Positions 19,811-29,533 are shown, numbered from the stretch's first letter. The stretch: 64,000 nucleotides of DNA from Candidatus Giovannonibacteria bacterium (GCA_016176295.1 JACOXN010000006.1:18466-82465); one strand, 5' to 3'. A program made the numbers and translations. Notes: a model not told the origin generated them from the sequence alone.

Positions 19811-20218
19811 ATGTCAATGCACCAAGTACCACAGTTTATAGAAGTAGAGGACAAAATTTTCGGTCCGCTTACCATCAAACAATTTTTTTATATTTTGGGC
19901 GGCGGAGCTTTGGTATTTATTTTCTACATATTCCTGCAGATCTGGGCGGTTATTCTTTTAGGGACACCGGTCATGGCATTTTTCGGAGCGCTGGCATTTT
20001 ATAAAATAAACGGCATACCGTTTACGACCGTACTGGGGAACGCCCTTTCTTTTTTTCAATCAAAAAAAATATTCCTCTGGAAAAAACGCCCCTTGCCTCC
20101 GGAAAAAGCTGCCGAGCGGGCAAAGCAGCCGATCAATCTGCGGTCGCCGCAGCTCTCCGAAAGCAAGTTGCAGGACCTTGCCTGGTCACTGGATATTCAA
20201 AAACATATTAAAAGGTAA
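19811..20218 (+). CDS. PrgI-family (VirB3-like) small membrane protein
   Basis: HQVPQFIEVEDKIFGPLTIKQFFYILGG followed by two TM helices, the characteristic PrgI N-terminus. It sits upstream of the VirB4-like ATPase. Confidence 0.65.
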   Translation: MSMHQVPQFIEVEDKIFGPLTIKQFFYILGGGALVFIFYIFLQIWAVILLGTPVMAFFGALAFYKINGIPFTTVLGNALSFFQSKKIFLWKKRPLPPEKAAERAKQPINLRSPQLSESKLQDLAWSLDIQKHIKR

Positions 20219-20226
20219 AAAGATTT

Positions 20227-20880
20227 ATGGCTGACGTAACTCCATCACAGGAAATATTGAACATCGAGGAAATAAGAGACGGCGTCCTCATATTGAAAGA
20301 CGGCACGATGCGCGCCATTCTTATGGCTTCTTCCATTAACTTCGCTCTAAAAAGCGCGGACGAGCAAACCGCGATAATTTTGCAATATCAAAATTTTCTA
20401 AACTCGCTGGACTTTACGCTTCAATTTTTTATTCAATCGAGGCCTTTGAACGTCGAGCCGTATATAGACACCTTAAAAGAACAGGAAAAAAAACAGACGG
20501 CCGAACTTTTGCGCATTCAAATAAGCGAGTATATGGATTTTATCAGGACATTTGTGAGAGCCGCCAACATCGTGACTAAAAGCTTTTATATAGTGGTTCC
20601 TTTTACTCCTCCGATGTTCGACAAACCGAGTGAAGGAGTAAAATCCCTTTTCGGCTCGATTCTCAAACCTAAGAAAAAAGACAAACGCACTTTAAACGAC
20701 GAATCTTTCGAGGAATACAAGAACCAACTGTGGCAGCGGGTGGACACCGTCATCCAGGGGATTGTGAGAACCGGAGTCCGCACCGTGCCGTTGAACACCG
20801 AAGAACTGATAGAATTATTCTACGGGCTTTACAACCCGGGCGAACTGGAAAAAGGGAAACCCCCGAGCATAACAAAATAA
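20227..20880 (+). CDS. T4SS-cluster protein, unknown function
   Basis: Tightly packed between the PrgI-like and VirB4-like genes. The N-terminus (IEEIRDGVLILKDGTMRAIL...INFALKS..EQ) resembles the pattern seen at the start of Gram-positive conjugation proteins. Confidence 0.5.
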   Translation: MADVTPSQEILNIEEIRDGVLILKDGTMRAILMASSINFALKSADEQTAIILQYQNFLNSLDFTLQFFIQSRPLNVEPYIDTLKEQEKKQTAELLRIQISEYMDFIRTFVRAANIVTKSFYIVVPFTPPMFDKPSEGVKSLFGSILKPKKKDKRTLNDESFEEYKNQLWQRVDTVIQGIVRTGVRTVPLNTEELIELFYGLYNPGELEKGKPPSITK

Positions 20881-20883
20881 TAT

Positions 20884-22779
20884 ATGCCATTTTTCGGACT
20901 TATTAAAAAAAAGGGGAAAGAGGACCGCGAAATAACACCGGTCTTTCCGGAAGAAATATACCAGGCCGGCATTTTGGAATTGCGCGACATTATAGCTCCT
21001 TCCGCCCTTGAAATAACGGCGAGCCACGTAAGGCTGGGAGAGAAATTAGCGCGCACTTTATTCGTTTTTACTCTTCCCAGGTATCTGGCCACCAACTGGT
21101 TTGCCCCCATCATAAACCTGGACAAAATGTTCGACGTATCCATTTTTTTCCATCCCGTTGACACGGCGATAGTTTTGCGGAAACTCCAGAGAAAAGTTGC
21201 GGAAGTGCAGTCGCAAATAAATATCCGACAGGAAAAGGGGCTGGTGAGGGACCCGGTGCTCGATACGGCATATGCCGACCTGGAGTCGCTCAGAGACAAG
21301 CTCCAGCAGGCGCAGGAAAAGCTTTTCAGTTTTGGGCTGTACATAACCATTTATGCAAATACCAGTGATGAACTGGATAAAATGGAGTCCGAAATAAAAT
21401 CCATCCTGGAAGCCAAGCTGGTTTATGCCAAGCCGGCGCTCTTCCAACAGCAGGACGCGCTGCACACCGTTTTCCCGACGGCAACCGACCTGCTTAAAAT
21501 AAGCAATTATCTGAATTCTTCCCCGGCTTCAAGCATCTTTCCTTTCGTTTCCTTCGACCTGACATCGAACAAGGGTATACTATTCGGCATCAATTCACAC
21601 AATAATTCTCTCGTGCTTTTTGACCGCTTCAGTCTGGAAAACTACAACTCGGTCACTTTCGCCAAAGCGGGGGCCGGAAAATCCTATGCGACCAAGCTCG
21701 AAATTTTGCGTTCGCTTATGTTCGATACCGATATCATCGTCATAGACCCCGAGCGCGAATATGAATATTTGGCGGAAGCGACCGGCGGCAGATATTTCAA
21801 TATTTCATTGACTTCGGCCCACCATATCAATCCTTTCGACCTTCCGCTTCCGCGGGAGGACGAATCCCCGACGGACGTGCTGCGCTCGCACATCATCAAC
21901 CTTGTCGGACTTTTCAGAATAATGCTTGGGGGGCTTACACCGGAAGAAGACTCGATAATCGACCGCGCTATCACCGAAACATACGCCTCCCGCGACATTA
22001 CGCCCGATTCGGATTTTTCTACGGCCGTTCCGCCCATCCTTTCGGACCTGGAGCTGGTGCTCGCCAACCTGGAAGGAGGGGATTCGCTCGCCCAGCGCTT
22101 GAGAAAATACACCAAAGGAACCTGGGCCGGATTTTTAAACCAGCCCACAAACGTGGACATCAACCAAAAATTCGTGGTGTTTTCCGTAAGAGACATGGAA
22201 GACGAACTGCGTCCGGTCGCCATGTACATCATCATCAACTACATCTGGAGCGCTGTGCGGACCGAACTTAAAAAAAGGCTTCTCGTGGTAGATGAGGCCT
22301 GGTGGATAATGAAACATGAAGACGGCGCGTCATTCCTTTTCGGGCTCGCCAAAAGAGCTAGAAAATATTTCTTGGGGGTGGCCACCATTACTCAGGACGT
22401 CGGCGACTTTATGAATTCCCCCTACGGAAAGGCTATTATCACGAACTCATCCATCCAACTGCTGCTGCGGCAGGCACCGGCTTCCATAGATATACTCCAG
22501 GAAACTTTCAGCCTTACCGAAGAAGAAAAATTTCTGCTGATGGAATCCGACGTTGGCGAAGGAATTTTCTTCGCGGGTTTAAAACACGTGGCTATCCGTA
22601 TCTTGGCTTCTTACACGGAGGACCAGATAATAACCTCCGACCCGGCCCAATTACTGGCCATTAAAAAAGCTAAATCCGTCAACCTGGAATCAAAACCATC
22701 ATCCCCCGAAAACGTAAACGCCGATATACCAAAAGCCGAAAAAGCGCAGAATTTACTTAAAGAACAAAATAATGTATAA
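20884..22779 (+). CDS. VirB4/TrbE-like T4SS ATPase
   Basis: Walker A KAGAGKSY and Walker B LLVVDEAW. The N-terminal domain pattern IAPSALEI...LGEKLARTLFVFTLPRYL is typical of VirB4. Confidence 0.85.
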   Translation: MPFFGLIKKKGKEDREITPVFPEEIYQAGILELRDIIAPSALEITASHVRLGEKLARTLFVFTLPRYLATNWFAPIINLDKMFDVSIFFHPVDTAIVLRKLQRKVAEVQSQINIRQEKGLVRDPVLDTAYADLESLRDKLQQAQEKLFSFGLYITIYANTSDELDKMESEIKSILEAKLVYAKPALFQQQDALHTVFPTATDLLKISNYLNSSPASSIFPFVSFDLTSNKGILFGINSHNNSLVLFDRFSLENYNSVTFAKAGAGKSYATKLEILRSLMFDTDIIVIDPEREYEYLAEATGGRYFNISLTSAHHINPFDLPLPREDESPTDVLRSHIINLVGLFRIMLGGLTPEEDSIIDRAITETYASRDITPDSDFSTAVPPILSDLELVLANLEGGDSLAQRLRKYTKGTWAGFLNQPTNVDINQKFVVFSVRDMEDELRPVAMYIIINYIWSAVRTELKKRLLVVDEAWWIMKHEDGASFLFGLAKRARKYFLGVATITQDVGDFMNSPYGKAIITNSSIQLLLRQAPASIDILQETFSLTEEEKFLLMESDVGEGIFFAGLKHVAIRILASYTEDQIITSDPAQLLAIKKAKSVNLESKPSSPENVNADIPKAEKAQNLLKEQNNV

Positions 22780-23224
22780 ATCTCCGCGAGGTCTTGAATA
22801 TATAGAGAAAAAAAATATAGGGAAAACTCCGCCCAAGAAACTAGACCAAGGCGGGGGCTCCAGGCTTGGGCCCGCTACCGGATTTCTTTTAATCGCTTTT
22901 GGTATTATTATCGACCTTATTGAAATATTTCTCGATTTAATCATCATCGGAATCGTGTTAAACTGGTTTATAGGGATATTTACCCTGCTGACTTTCTACG
23001 TAGTGCTGAAATGGAACAATATTTCGATGTGGGAAGCAAGAACCGGCGCGCGGATAATGATTTCATTGATATCCATGATTTTCGGGGAAGTGGTAACGGC
23101 GGGCCTTTTCCCGGGATGGTTTGGGTTCGCGCTTCTCGTGGTTTTATTTGAGAGGGCGCGAGAAATTCCTGTTGTCGGTAAAGCCATGAGCGCAGCTTAT
23201 AAAACGGCATCCGCAATAAAATGA
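22772..23224 (+). CDS. Integral membrane protein (T4SS cluster)
   Basis: Three to four hydrophobic helices. Overlaps both neighbouring genes. Confidence 0.5.
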   Translation: MYKSPRGLEYIEKKNIGKTPPKKLDQGGGSRLGPATGFLLIAFGIIIDLIEIFLDLIIIGIVLNWFIGIFTLLTFYVVLKWNNISMWEARTGARIMISLISMIFGEVVTAGLFPGWFGFALLVVLFERAREIPVVGKAMSAAYKTASAIK

Positions 23225-24213
23225 AATATCTTAAAAAAATAATTATACTTTCGCTGCTCTCCTTAACGACTTTGGTTGCTTCCGCACAAGTTGTGCCGGA
23301 TGATGCAATAGTATTCAATACTACCCCGCAATATCCCAAGCCGGGAGAGAATGTAACTGTTTCCGTGAATTCTTATATTTTCGACATCAGCCGGGCGGAG
23401 TTCGTCTGGACGGTAAACAGCAAAAAAGTGGCCGCGGGAGGAGGAATAACTTCCGTTAATTTAAAAGCGGGCTCGGCCGGTTCCACCGCAGTAGTGAAAG
23501 TCAGCGCCTCACTAAACAATGAAGTTTATGAAGGCAATACCGTAATATACGTAACCGATGTGGACCTGGTCGTAAACGCCAATACCTACGCCCCGAACTT
23601 TTACAGGGGTTCCAAACTTATCACCCCCGGAAGCACGATAGATATTTTTGCCGTTCCTTTTCTCTACTTTGACGGGACGCGGCTGAATCCGACTACACTC
23701 TCTTACGAGTGGACGCTGAATGGCACGCGCATGGGAAATCAATCAGGTAAAGGAAGGGATAAATTAAGTTTGGATATTGCGGATGTTAACGGATATTACG
23801 ATATCGAACTCAAGGTAAGCTCACCGCAAAAAACGGTTATTGCGGCAAAAAGGATAAGCTTTCAGACTCAAGCTCCGAAGATCTTATTCTATAAAACAGA
23901 TACTTTGCTTGGACGCAAGCCCGTTGCTTTGCAGAATTTGAATGAATTTGCCGGCAATACTTTTACTATCGCGGCTGAGCCTTACTTTTTTGATCTAAGA
24001 TTTGTGTCTAAACTTCTCACACGATGGAGCTCCAACGGCCAGACAATTAACAAAAAGGACTCAACCAAACCGTTCGAATTGGAGCTTGCGGCTCCTCCCG
24101 ACACTGAATCACTAACGCCGTTCAACTTTGAGGCGCAAAAACCAAACTCGCTTTTCCAACAGGCGGAAGCTTTTTTAAACATCCATATTTTAAGAAAATC
24201 CGGTAATGAATAA
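23221..24213 (+). CDS. Secreted beta-rich protein (T4SS cluster)
   Basis: Signal peptide MKYLKKIIILSLLSLTTLVASA; no recognised domain. Confidence 0.5.
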   Translation: MKYLKKIIILSLLSLTTLVASAQVVPDDAIVFNTTPQYPKPGENVTVSVNSYIFDISRAEFVWTVNSKKVAAGGGITSVNLKAGSAGSTAVVKVSASLNNEVYEGNTVIYVTDVDLVVNANTYAPNFYRGSKLITPGSTIDIFAVPFLYFDGTRLNPTTLSYEWTLNGTRMGNQSGKGRDKLSLDIADVNGYYDIELKVSSPQKTVIAAKRISFQTQAPKILFYKTDTLLGRKPVALQNLNEFAGNTFTIAAEPYFFDLRFVSKLLTRWSSNGQTINKKDSTKPFELELAAPPDTESLTPFNFEAQKPNSLFQQAEAFLNIHILRKSGNE

Positions 24214-24793
24214 AAAAATAAAAATTTTATTTTTGGTTTTAGGAATTTTATACCTCGCCAATTCCGTCCTAGCGGCTCCCTATACTCTTGTTGAACCGGT
24301 TCCTTTCCTGCAGCCCGCATATGACGGCCCCAGCGCCTTCCTTGAATATACGCGCGATCTGGTTAGATTTCTTCTGGGGTTTGCGGCGGTAGCGGCAGTG
24401 GTCATGATAGTCATAGGCGGCATCCAATATGCTTCCTCGATCGGCAACGAATCCATGGTTACCGACGCTAAAGACAGAATATATTGGGCTATTTTAGGCC
24501 TCATTCTGGCTCTGCTTTCTGTTTTAATATTAAGGACCATAAATCCTGCCCTGGTAGACCTTGAACTTCCTATTCCGGCGCTTCCAGCGATAAAAGGCGG
24601 CGGGCAAAGTGGAGCGGGATCCGGTGGAAAAATCGGGGGAGTCGGGAGTATTCCTGGAGCGCTTCCTCCCCCCGCTCCACCACCGCCTCCTGGAGGAACT
24701 GTACAATCAGGACAAATGTGCATAGCACCAACACAGTGTACGACAGGTGTCTGCAATATACCGTCGGGACAAGTGATTGGGGTGTGTAAATAA
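24206..24793 (+). CDS. VirB2/TrbC-like T4SS pilin fused to a Gly/Pro linker and a 4-Cys C-terminal mini-domain
   Basis: Signal peptide, then two hydrophobic helices (FLLGFAAVAAVVMIVIGGIQY, IYWAILGLILALLSVLIL). These are followed by ...PPPAPPPPPGG...QMCIAPTQCTTGVCNIPSGQVIGVCK. Confidence 0.6.
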   Translation: MNKKIKILFLVLGILYLANSVLAAPYTLVEPVPFLQPAYDGPSAFLEYTRDLVRFLLGFAAVAAVVMIVIGGIQYASSIGNESMVTDAKDRIYWAILGLILALLSVLILRTINPALVDLELPIPALPAIKGGGQSGAGSGGKIGGVGSIPGALPPPAPPPPPGGTVQSGQMCIAPTQCTTGVCNIPSGQVIGVCK

Positions 24794-24800
24794 AAAAATT

Positions 24801-26069
24801 ATGTCAAATTACTTCGCAAAAAAAAATATTTCGATCGCGGGAGGAATTATCCTGGCCATTGCCCTTATAATTTTCTTCAGCCTTAAAACTACCGAACAGG
24901 GCGGAAAAGAAAGCGGGGGAATCGGTTCTTTTTTCAGCGGAATATTTCCTTCAGCAGGGAACAATAATAACGGGGAAGGAGAATCTCCTTCGGAAAATGC
25001 GACCAGCACCCCTGCAGAAAATCAATTTGAGAACGCAGAAATAGTGACCGAACTTCCGTTAGGAAGAGAAACCGCAAAACAACTGCCGGTGGGAAGCATG
25101 ATACTTTCTTCCCCAGCGCAGGTTTCGGCTCTCATGGCCATAGGGACCAGTTCCATCAGATACTATAAAAATGTCCCGGAAAATTTAGGCCACCTTTTTG
25201 AAAGGAACGCCGAAGGCACAAGCGATGAATTGAGACTCGCCAACTATACTATTCCTAAAATTGTAAAAGTGGTATGGGCGCCAAACGGCCAAAAAAATGT
25301 TATTTTCTATGACCTTGACGGAAAAACAAGAAAGATATTGATAGATTACACCAGAATAGACACTCCCAAACCGGAATTTCTGCCTGATTCCATTTCGGAT
25401 GTGGCCTTCTCGCCGGATTCCAAATCCATGGCGTTTATAAACGATCTGGGAGCGACCCAAAATATATTTATAGCCACTTCCGCTTTCAAGAACTCCAAAA
25501 AAATATTTTCAAATAATATTCCCGGGCTTGAACTTTCCTGGCCGGCTTCCGGTTCACTGGCTTTAAAACCCAAAACCTCCTATCTGTACGACGGAAGTCT
25601 TTATACCGTCAACACAAAGACCGGGAATCTTACTAAAGTTTTGGAAAGCAGGGGGTTGGATGCGGTCTGGTCTCCCGACGGCAACGGCGTTCTCTATTCT
25701 TATACCGACCAAACAGGCGTTCTCCAGAATATCAGGTACAACAATTTCAAAACTTCGGAAACAACCGAGTTTGACATAAGAACTATCGCCGAAAAGTGCG
25801 GCTTTGCGAAGTCGCCGACCAACAATGGCTTTGTTTTCTGCGCTGTGCCGCGCAACTTACCCGATGCAAAATATCCCGACGACTGGTGGCAGGGAAAAGT
25901 ATCTTTTAGTGATTATCTCGTAAAGATAAACCTCGCTACGGGTGAGGTAACGAACAGCGCTCCTGCTTTTCACGACGTCACGCTGCCTAGTCTGACTTCC
26001 GACGATAAATATTTTATCTTCAAGGATAAAAACACCGGCTCCCTCTGGAGCATAAAAATAGCTGAGTAG
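24801..26069 (+). CDS. Membrane-anchored TolB-like beta-propeller (PD40 repeat) protein
   Basis: TM anchor plus repeated motifs VVWAPNGQKNVIFY, VAFSPDSKSMAF and AVWSPDGNGVLYSY. Confidence 0.6.
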   Translation: MSNYFAKKNISIAGGIILAIALIIFFSLKTTEQGGKESGGIGSFFSGIFPSAGNNNNGEGESPSENATSTPAENQFENAEIVTELPLGRETAKQLPVGSMILSSPAQVSALMAIGTSSIRYYKNVPENLGHLFERNAEGTSDELRLANYTIPKIVKVVWAPNGQKNVIFYDLDGKTRKILIDYTRIDTPKPEFLPDSISDVAFSPDSKSMAFINDLGATQNIFIATSAFKNSKKIFSNNIPGLELSWPASGSLALKPKTSYLYDGSLYTVNTKTGNLTKVLESRGLDAVWSPDGNGVLYSYTDQTGVLQNIRYNNFKTSETTEFDIRTIAEKCGFAKSPTNNGFVFCAVPRNLPDAKYPDDWWQGKVSFSDYLVKINLATGEVTNSAPAFHDVTLPSLTSDDKYFIFKDKNTGSLWSIKIAE

Positions 26070-26093
26070 AAATTAACCTTAGTTTAAAATATT

Positions 26094-26146
26094 CCACCTC
26101 ACCCTACCCTCTCCTTCTAAAGGAGAGGGGGCAAGGGGGTGAGGTT
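26094..26146. repeat. Complete nested palindromic repeat (outer ACCTCACCC/GGGTGAGGT, inner CCCTCTCCTT-CTA-AAGGAGAGGG)
   Basis: Read directly. It lies between convergent genes and abuts the jag stop codon, so it probably also acts as a bidirectional terminator. Confidence 0.75.
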
Positions 26147-26636
26147 AAGAAACCATGTCAAAAGGTTTGATGACCACGCGTCTTTGCGGCCCCTCACCGA
26201 CGCTTTCCGTAGTTATATCCGGATATTCCTGCAGTGTCATGTGAACTATTCTCCGTTCGTAACCGTTCATAGGTCTCATTTCAATGTCTTTTTTGAAGTA
26301 ACGCACCCGCTGCGCGTGTATTCTGGCTTCGTCTTTTATTTCCTCTATTTTTTTTTGATGATAATCATTTACGTCTATCAAAAATCTGACCTCCTGCGGA
26401 TATTTTTTTTCTACAATTCGCCTCACAAGATGGTTAAGGGCGGATAAATTCTGCCCGCCTTCGCCTATCAAAAGATTTGATTCCGAAGTTTTTAAAATAT
26501 ATCTGACGTCTTCCCCCTCCTGGGCTGCTTCCAGACTAAATTCAACGCCTAAAAAATGCAATACTTCCAGTATTGTTTTTTCAGTGAAGTTTTTCTGTTC
26601 GTCTTTTTCTTCAATGTCGCTCATTTGAAGCGGCAT
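26145..26636 (-). CDS. jag: Jag/KhpB-like RNA-binding protein (KH plus R3H)
   Basis: R3H motif MNGYERRIVHMTLQEY and the conserved position after yidC. Confidence 0.8.
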   Translation of the reverse strand: MPLQMSDIEEKDEQKNFTEKTILEVLHFLGVEFSLEAAQEGEDVRYILKTSESNLLIGEGGQNLSALNHLVRRIVEKKYPQEVRFLIDVNDYHQKKIEEIKDEARIHAQRVRYFKKDIEMRPMNGYERRIVHMTLQEYPDITTESVGEGPQRRVVIKPFDMVS

Positions 26637-27345
26637 CCCGGCGTAAAGCCTGTTTTCGGACAGCCGCTTCGTGTACTATAGCAAACACATTCATGGCTGT
26701 CCAATAAAGGGCAACCGCCGCCGGCATTTTCAAACCGAAGATAAAAATCATGACAGGCAATATATAAGGCAGCTGTTTTTGCATGGCGGAGGCGAGATCC
26801 GTCGCGTTTTTTTTGGATGGGTCAGGCGGCATGGAAAGTTTTGCCTGAAAAAATTGTGACAACGCCGCCAAAAAAGCCAAGACCAGGTTGGGGCTCGTCA
26901 ATGATATCGTTCCCAGAAACATTACATTGATATTTTCAGGAATTGTAATAAAAGAATAGACTTCGGCCGGATTGAATGGAATGCCCCGGAAGAAAACATG
27001 ATAAAGCGCGATGAGCACCGGGAACTGCAAAAGAATCGCAAAAAAACCGGAAAAAGGATTGATGCCGTGCTGGCGGTAAAGCTCCATCATCGCCTGCGCC
27101 TGCTCGTCTTTGTTTTTTTTACTGTCGCGTATTTCTTTTACATGTGGTTCTATCTTTTTCATCACCTGCTGAGTCCGTATCATTTTGTGCGAAATAGGAA
27201 ACATCAGCCCGCGTATCAGCAAAGTAAGCGCAATGACCGAAAACCCGAGGTCATGAAACGGCATTACGGACGTTAAAAATATAAGCCCATTCAAAAGGGG
27301 CTGATAGAATATCGCATTATAGGCCGCGCCGATGAAACTAAACAT
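26611..27345 (-). CDS. yidC: Membrane protein insertase YidC
   Basis: Multi-TM protein with LYRQHGINPFSG..LLQFPVLIALY motifs. Sits in the rnpA-yidC-jag synteny. Confidence 0.9.
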   Translation of the reverse strand: MFSFIGAAYNAIFYQPLLNGLIFLTSVMPFHDLGFSVIALTLLIRGLMFPISHKMIRTQQVMKKIEPHVKEIRDSKKNKDEQAQAMMELYRQHGINPFSGFFAILLQFPVLIALYHVFFRGIPFNPAEVYSFITIPENINVMFLGTISLTSPNLVLAFLAALSQFFQAKLSMPPDPSKKNATDLASAMQKQLPYILPVMIFIFGLKMPAAVALYWTAMNVFAIVHEAAVRKQALRRDAASNERH

Positions 27346-27703
27346 ATAAAAATGATCTTTTAAGTATATCTATCATATCATCCCTTAATTCCATAAAGCC
27401 AGGGACTCGTTTTTTCTGAACAGCCATAAAAAAAACCAGGTCGTAGCCGGGTTTTACCCCCGCCAAAATTTCTTCCGCCACGGCATTCATCCGGCGCCTC
27501 GCCAAATTGCGAAAAGCCGCCCCTTTTTTGAATTTTACGGATACAACGAAAGTCCATCTTGAACTTTTGGTCCTGCCTGTCCGACAGGCAGGACCGTTTG
27601 GCGCGTATTTTAAGGTCAAAAGATTTCCCTTTGCAAAGCGCGTTTTAATCTTAAAAAAAATATTTAAATCCCTTTTCCCTATTCTAAGTGATTTTTTCAG
27701 CAT
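27338..27703 (-). CDS. rnpA: RNase P protein component
   Basis: Basic 121-aa protein after rpmH, with an RNLARRRMN (RNR-like) motif. Confidence 0.8.
   Translation of the reverse strand: MLKKSLRIGKRDLNIFFKIKTRFAKGNLLTLKYAPNGPACRTGRTKSSRWTFVVSVKFKKGAAFRNLARRRMNAVAEEILAGVKPGYDLVFFMAVQKKRVPGFMELRDDMIDILKRSFLYV
27569..27595. repeat. GC-rich palindromic element copy (GGTCCTGCCTGTC-C-GACAGGCAGGACC), in frame inside rnpA
   Basis: Perfect 13-bp arms. Translated GPACRTGRT, in a loop about 6-7 aa longer than my recalled B. subtilis RnpA sequence. Confidence 0.7.
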
Positions 27704-27721
27704 TTAGCGGACGCTTATTGG

Positions 27722-27856
27722 TTACACACTCAATTTACGCCTTCCTTTTCTCATGCGCCTCTTAATAACGTTCCTGCCGGTGGAGGATTTCATGCGTGCA
27801 AGAAAACCGTGCGTACGGGCTCTTTTTTTCTTTTTTGGTTTGTAAGTAAATGACAT
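27722..27856 (-). CDS. rpmH: 50S ribosomal protein L34
   Basis: Translated by hand as [44 protein letters not shown] (44 aa). It is below the ORF-track size cut-off. Confidence 0.92.
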   Translation of the reverse strand: MSFTYKPKKKKRARTHGFLARMKSSTGRNVIKRRMRKGRRKLSV

Positions 27857-27969
27857 ATTTTATGATTCTACAACAAATCCAGGTTTTAGCAATCTTCACA
27901 ACTGATGCACAACCTATTAACATCTTAATCACAATACAAAGTTTGTAAAGAAAGATATAGTTAGAACAT

Positions 27970-29355
27970 ATGAACCCACAAAACGAAGAATTATGGAACA
28001 AAGCGCTGGCTGAAATAGAACTCTCTGTTTCGCGCGCGAACTTCGCGACGTGGTTTAAAAACACCAATATCGTTAACAACTCCGAGGGAGTGGTGACTAT
28101 CGGCGTTCCCAACGGATTCGTTAAGGAATGGCTGGAAAATAAATATCACAAATTTGTCCTAAAATCCATCCGTTCTCTCCTTCCGGAAGTGCGGGTGGTG
28201 GAATATTCCATCGTTTCCTCCATAGCTGAGCCCAAAACTTTGAAAATAAAACTACCCAGGGAAATGTCGGTCCCGTCCGAGGAACAGCTTGATTTTAAGG
28301 AGTTTCAGATAGATCCCGAAACCAATTTAAATCCTAAATATACACTGGAATCGTTCATTGTGGGCTCTTTTAACGAACTCGCGCACGCGGCTATAACTTC
28401 GGTCGTAAAAAATCTCGGCAAAGCTTACAACCCTCTCTTTATATACGGCGGAGTCGGCCTCGGTAAGACCCATTTACTGCAAGCCGCCGGGAACAAAGTA
28501 AAAGAAATGAACCCTCTTAAGAAGATACACTACACTACCTCTGAAAAATTCAGCAATGAGCTCGTTTCTTCCCTGCAAAACAACTCCGTTTATAACTTCA
28601 AGGAAAAATATAGAAAATATGATCTTTTAATAGTAGACGATATTCAGTTCTTCTCCGGAAAAATAAAAACACAGGAAGAATTTTTCCACACTTTCAACAC
28701 TTTGTATGAATCCGGCAAACAGGTCATATTCTCTTCCGATCGGCCGCCGGCCTCTATACACGATATAGAGGAGCGCCTGCGTTCCAGATTCGAAGCCGGG
28801 GTTATTGTAGATATCTCGGAGCCTGAACTCGAAGCAAGGATTGCCATTTTAAAATCCAAAGCTGCGGAAAAAAAGATAAGTCTACCCGATGAAACCATTG
28901 AAATAATCGCCTCCGTAATACAAAAGAACATCCGCGAATTGGAAGGAGCCTTGAATATCATTCATATACAATCAAATCACAAGAATATCGTCTTAAAACC
29001 GGATGAAGTGAGGGAAATCTTAAATAAGAACGTACGGCCGAAAAATGTCGTCACCCCATCACAAATAATCAAAGTTGTGGCTGAATTTTATGATATACCG
29101 GAAAAATCAATATTTGAACACACCAGAAAGACCGAAATAGTTAAACCGCGCCAGATAGTAATGTATCTCATGAGGGAAGACTTGGGGCGTTCATATCCTT
29201 TCATAGCGCAGAAATTCGGCGGGATGGACCACACGACCGCAATTCATGCCTTTGATAAAATATCCAAAGAATTAAAAAAGAACAATAAGCTCGAAGAAGA
29301 AATAAAATCCATCCGCGAAAAGTACCAAAATTTGGCAGAGCAGGGAGTTAAATAA
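27970..29355 (+). CDS. dnaA: Chromosomal replication initiator DnaA
   Basis: Walker A GGVGLGKTHL, and a C-terminal DNA-binding domain with KFGGMDHTTAIHA. Confidence 0.95.
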   Translation: MNPQNEELWNKALAEIELSVSRANFATWFKNTNIVNNSEGVVTIGVPNGFVKEWLENKYHKFVLKSIRSLLPEVRVVEYSIVSSIAEPKTLKIKLPREMSVPSEEQLDFKEFQIDPETNLNPKYTLESFIVGSFNELAHAAITSVVKNLGKAYNPLFIYGGVGLGKTHLLQAAGNKVKEMNPLKKIHYTTSEKFSNELVSSLQNNSVYNFKEKYRKYDLLIVDDIQFFSGKIKTQEEFFHTFNTLYESGKQVIFSSDRPPASIHDIEERLRSRFEAGVIVDISEPELEARIAILKSKAAEKKISLPDETIEIIASVIQKNIRELEGALNIIHIQSNHKNIVLKPDEVREILNKNVRPKNVVTPSQIIKVVAEFYDIPEKSIFEHTRKTEIVKPRQIVMYLMREDLGRSYPFIAQKFGGMDHTTAIHAFDKISKELKKNNKLEEEIKSIREKYQNLAEQGVK

Positions 29356-29533
29356 AAAAACAGTGTTAATAATATTTTTTAAAAAAAATATTCCAAAATT
29401 ATCCACAACTTAGCGAGTACACAAAATATAATTTATCGTTTATTTATAAAGTTCAAAAAAAATATACACATATTCACACGATTATATTTAATAAATTATA
29501 TATAACAATTATATTAATTAATATAACGAACGT
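29356..29533. other. Putative oriC segment (dnaA-dnaN intergenic region)
   Basis: Perfect DnaA box TTATCCACA at 29399-29407. Near-consensus boxes ATATACACA and ATATTCACA lie around 29462-29478. A very AT-rich stretch runs 29480-29530. Confidence 0.6.

Noticed and set aside
27762-28112. A 116-aa minus-strand ORF spanning the rpmH-dnaA intergenic region.
   Set aside because: It overlaps the dnaA start and runs through the promoter and DnaA-box region. The real gene here is rpmH (27722..27856) in another frame.
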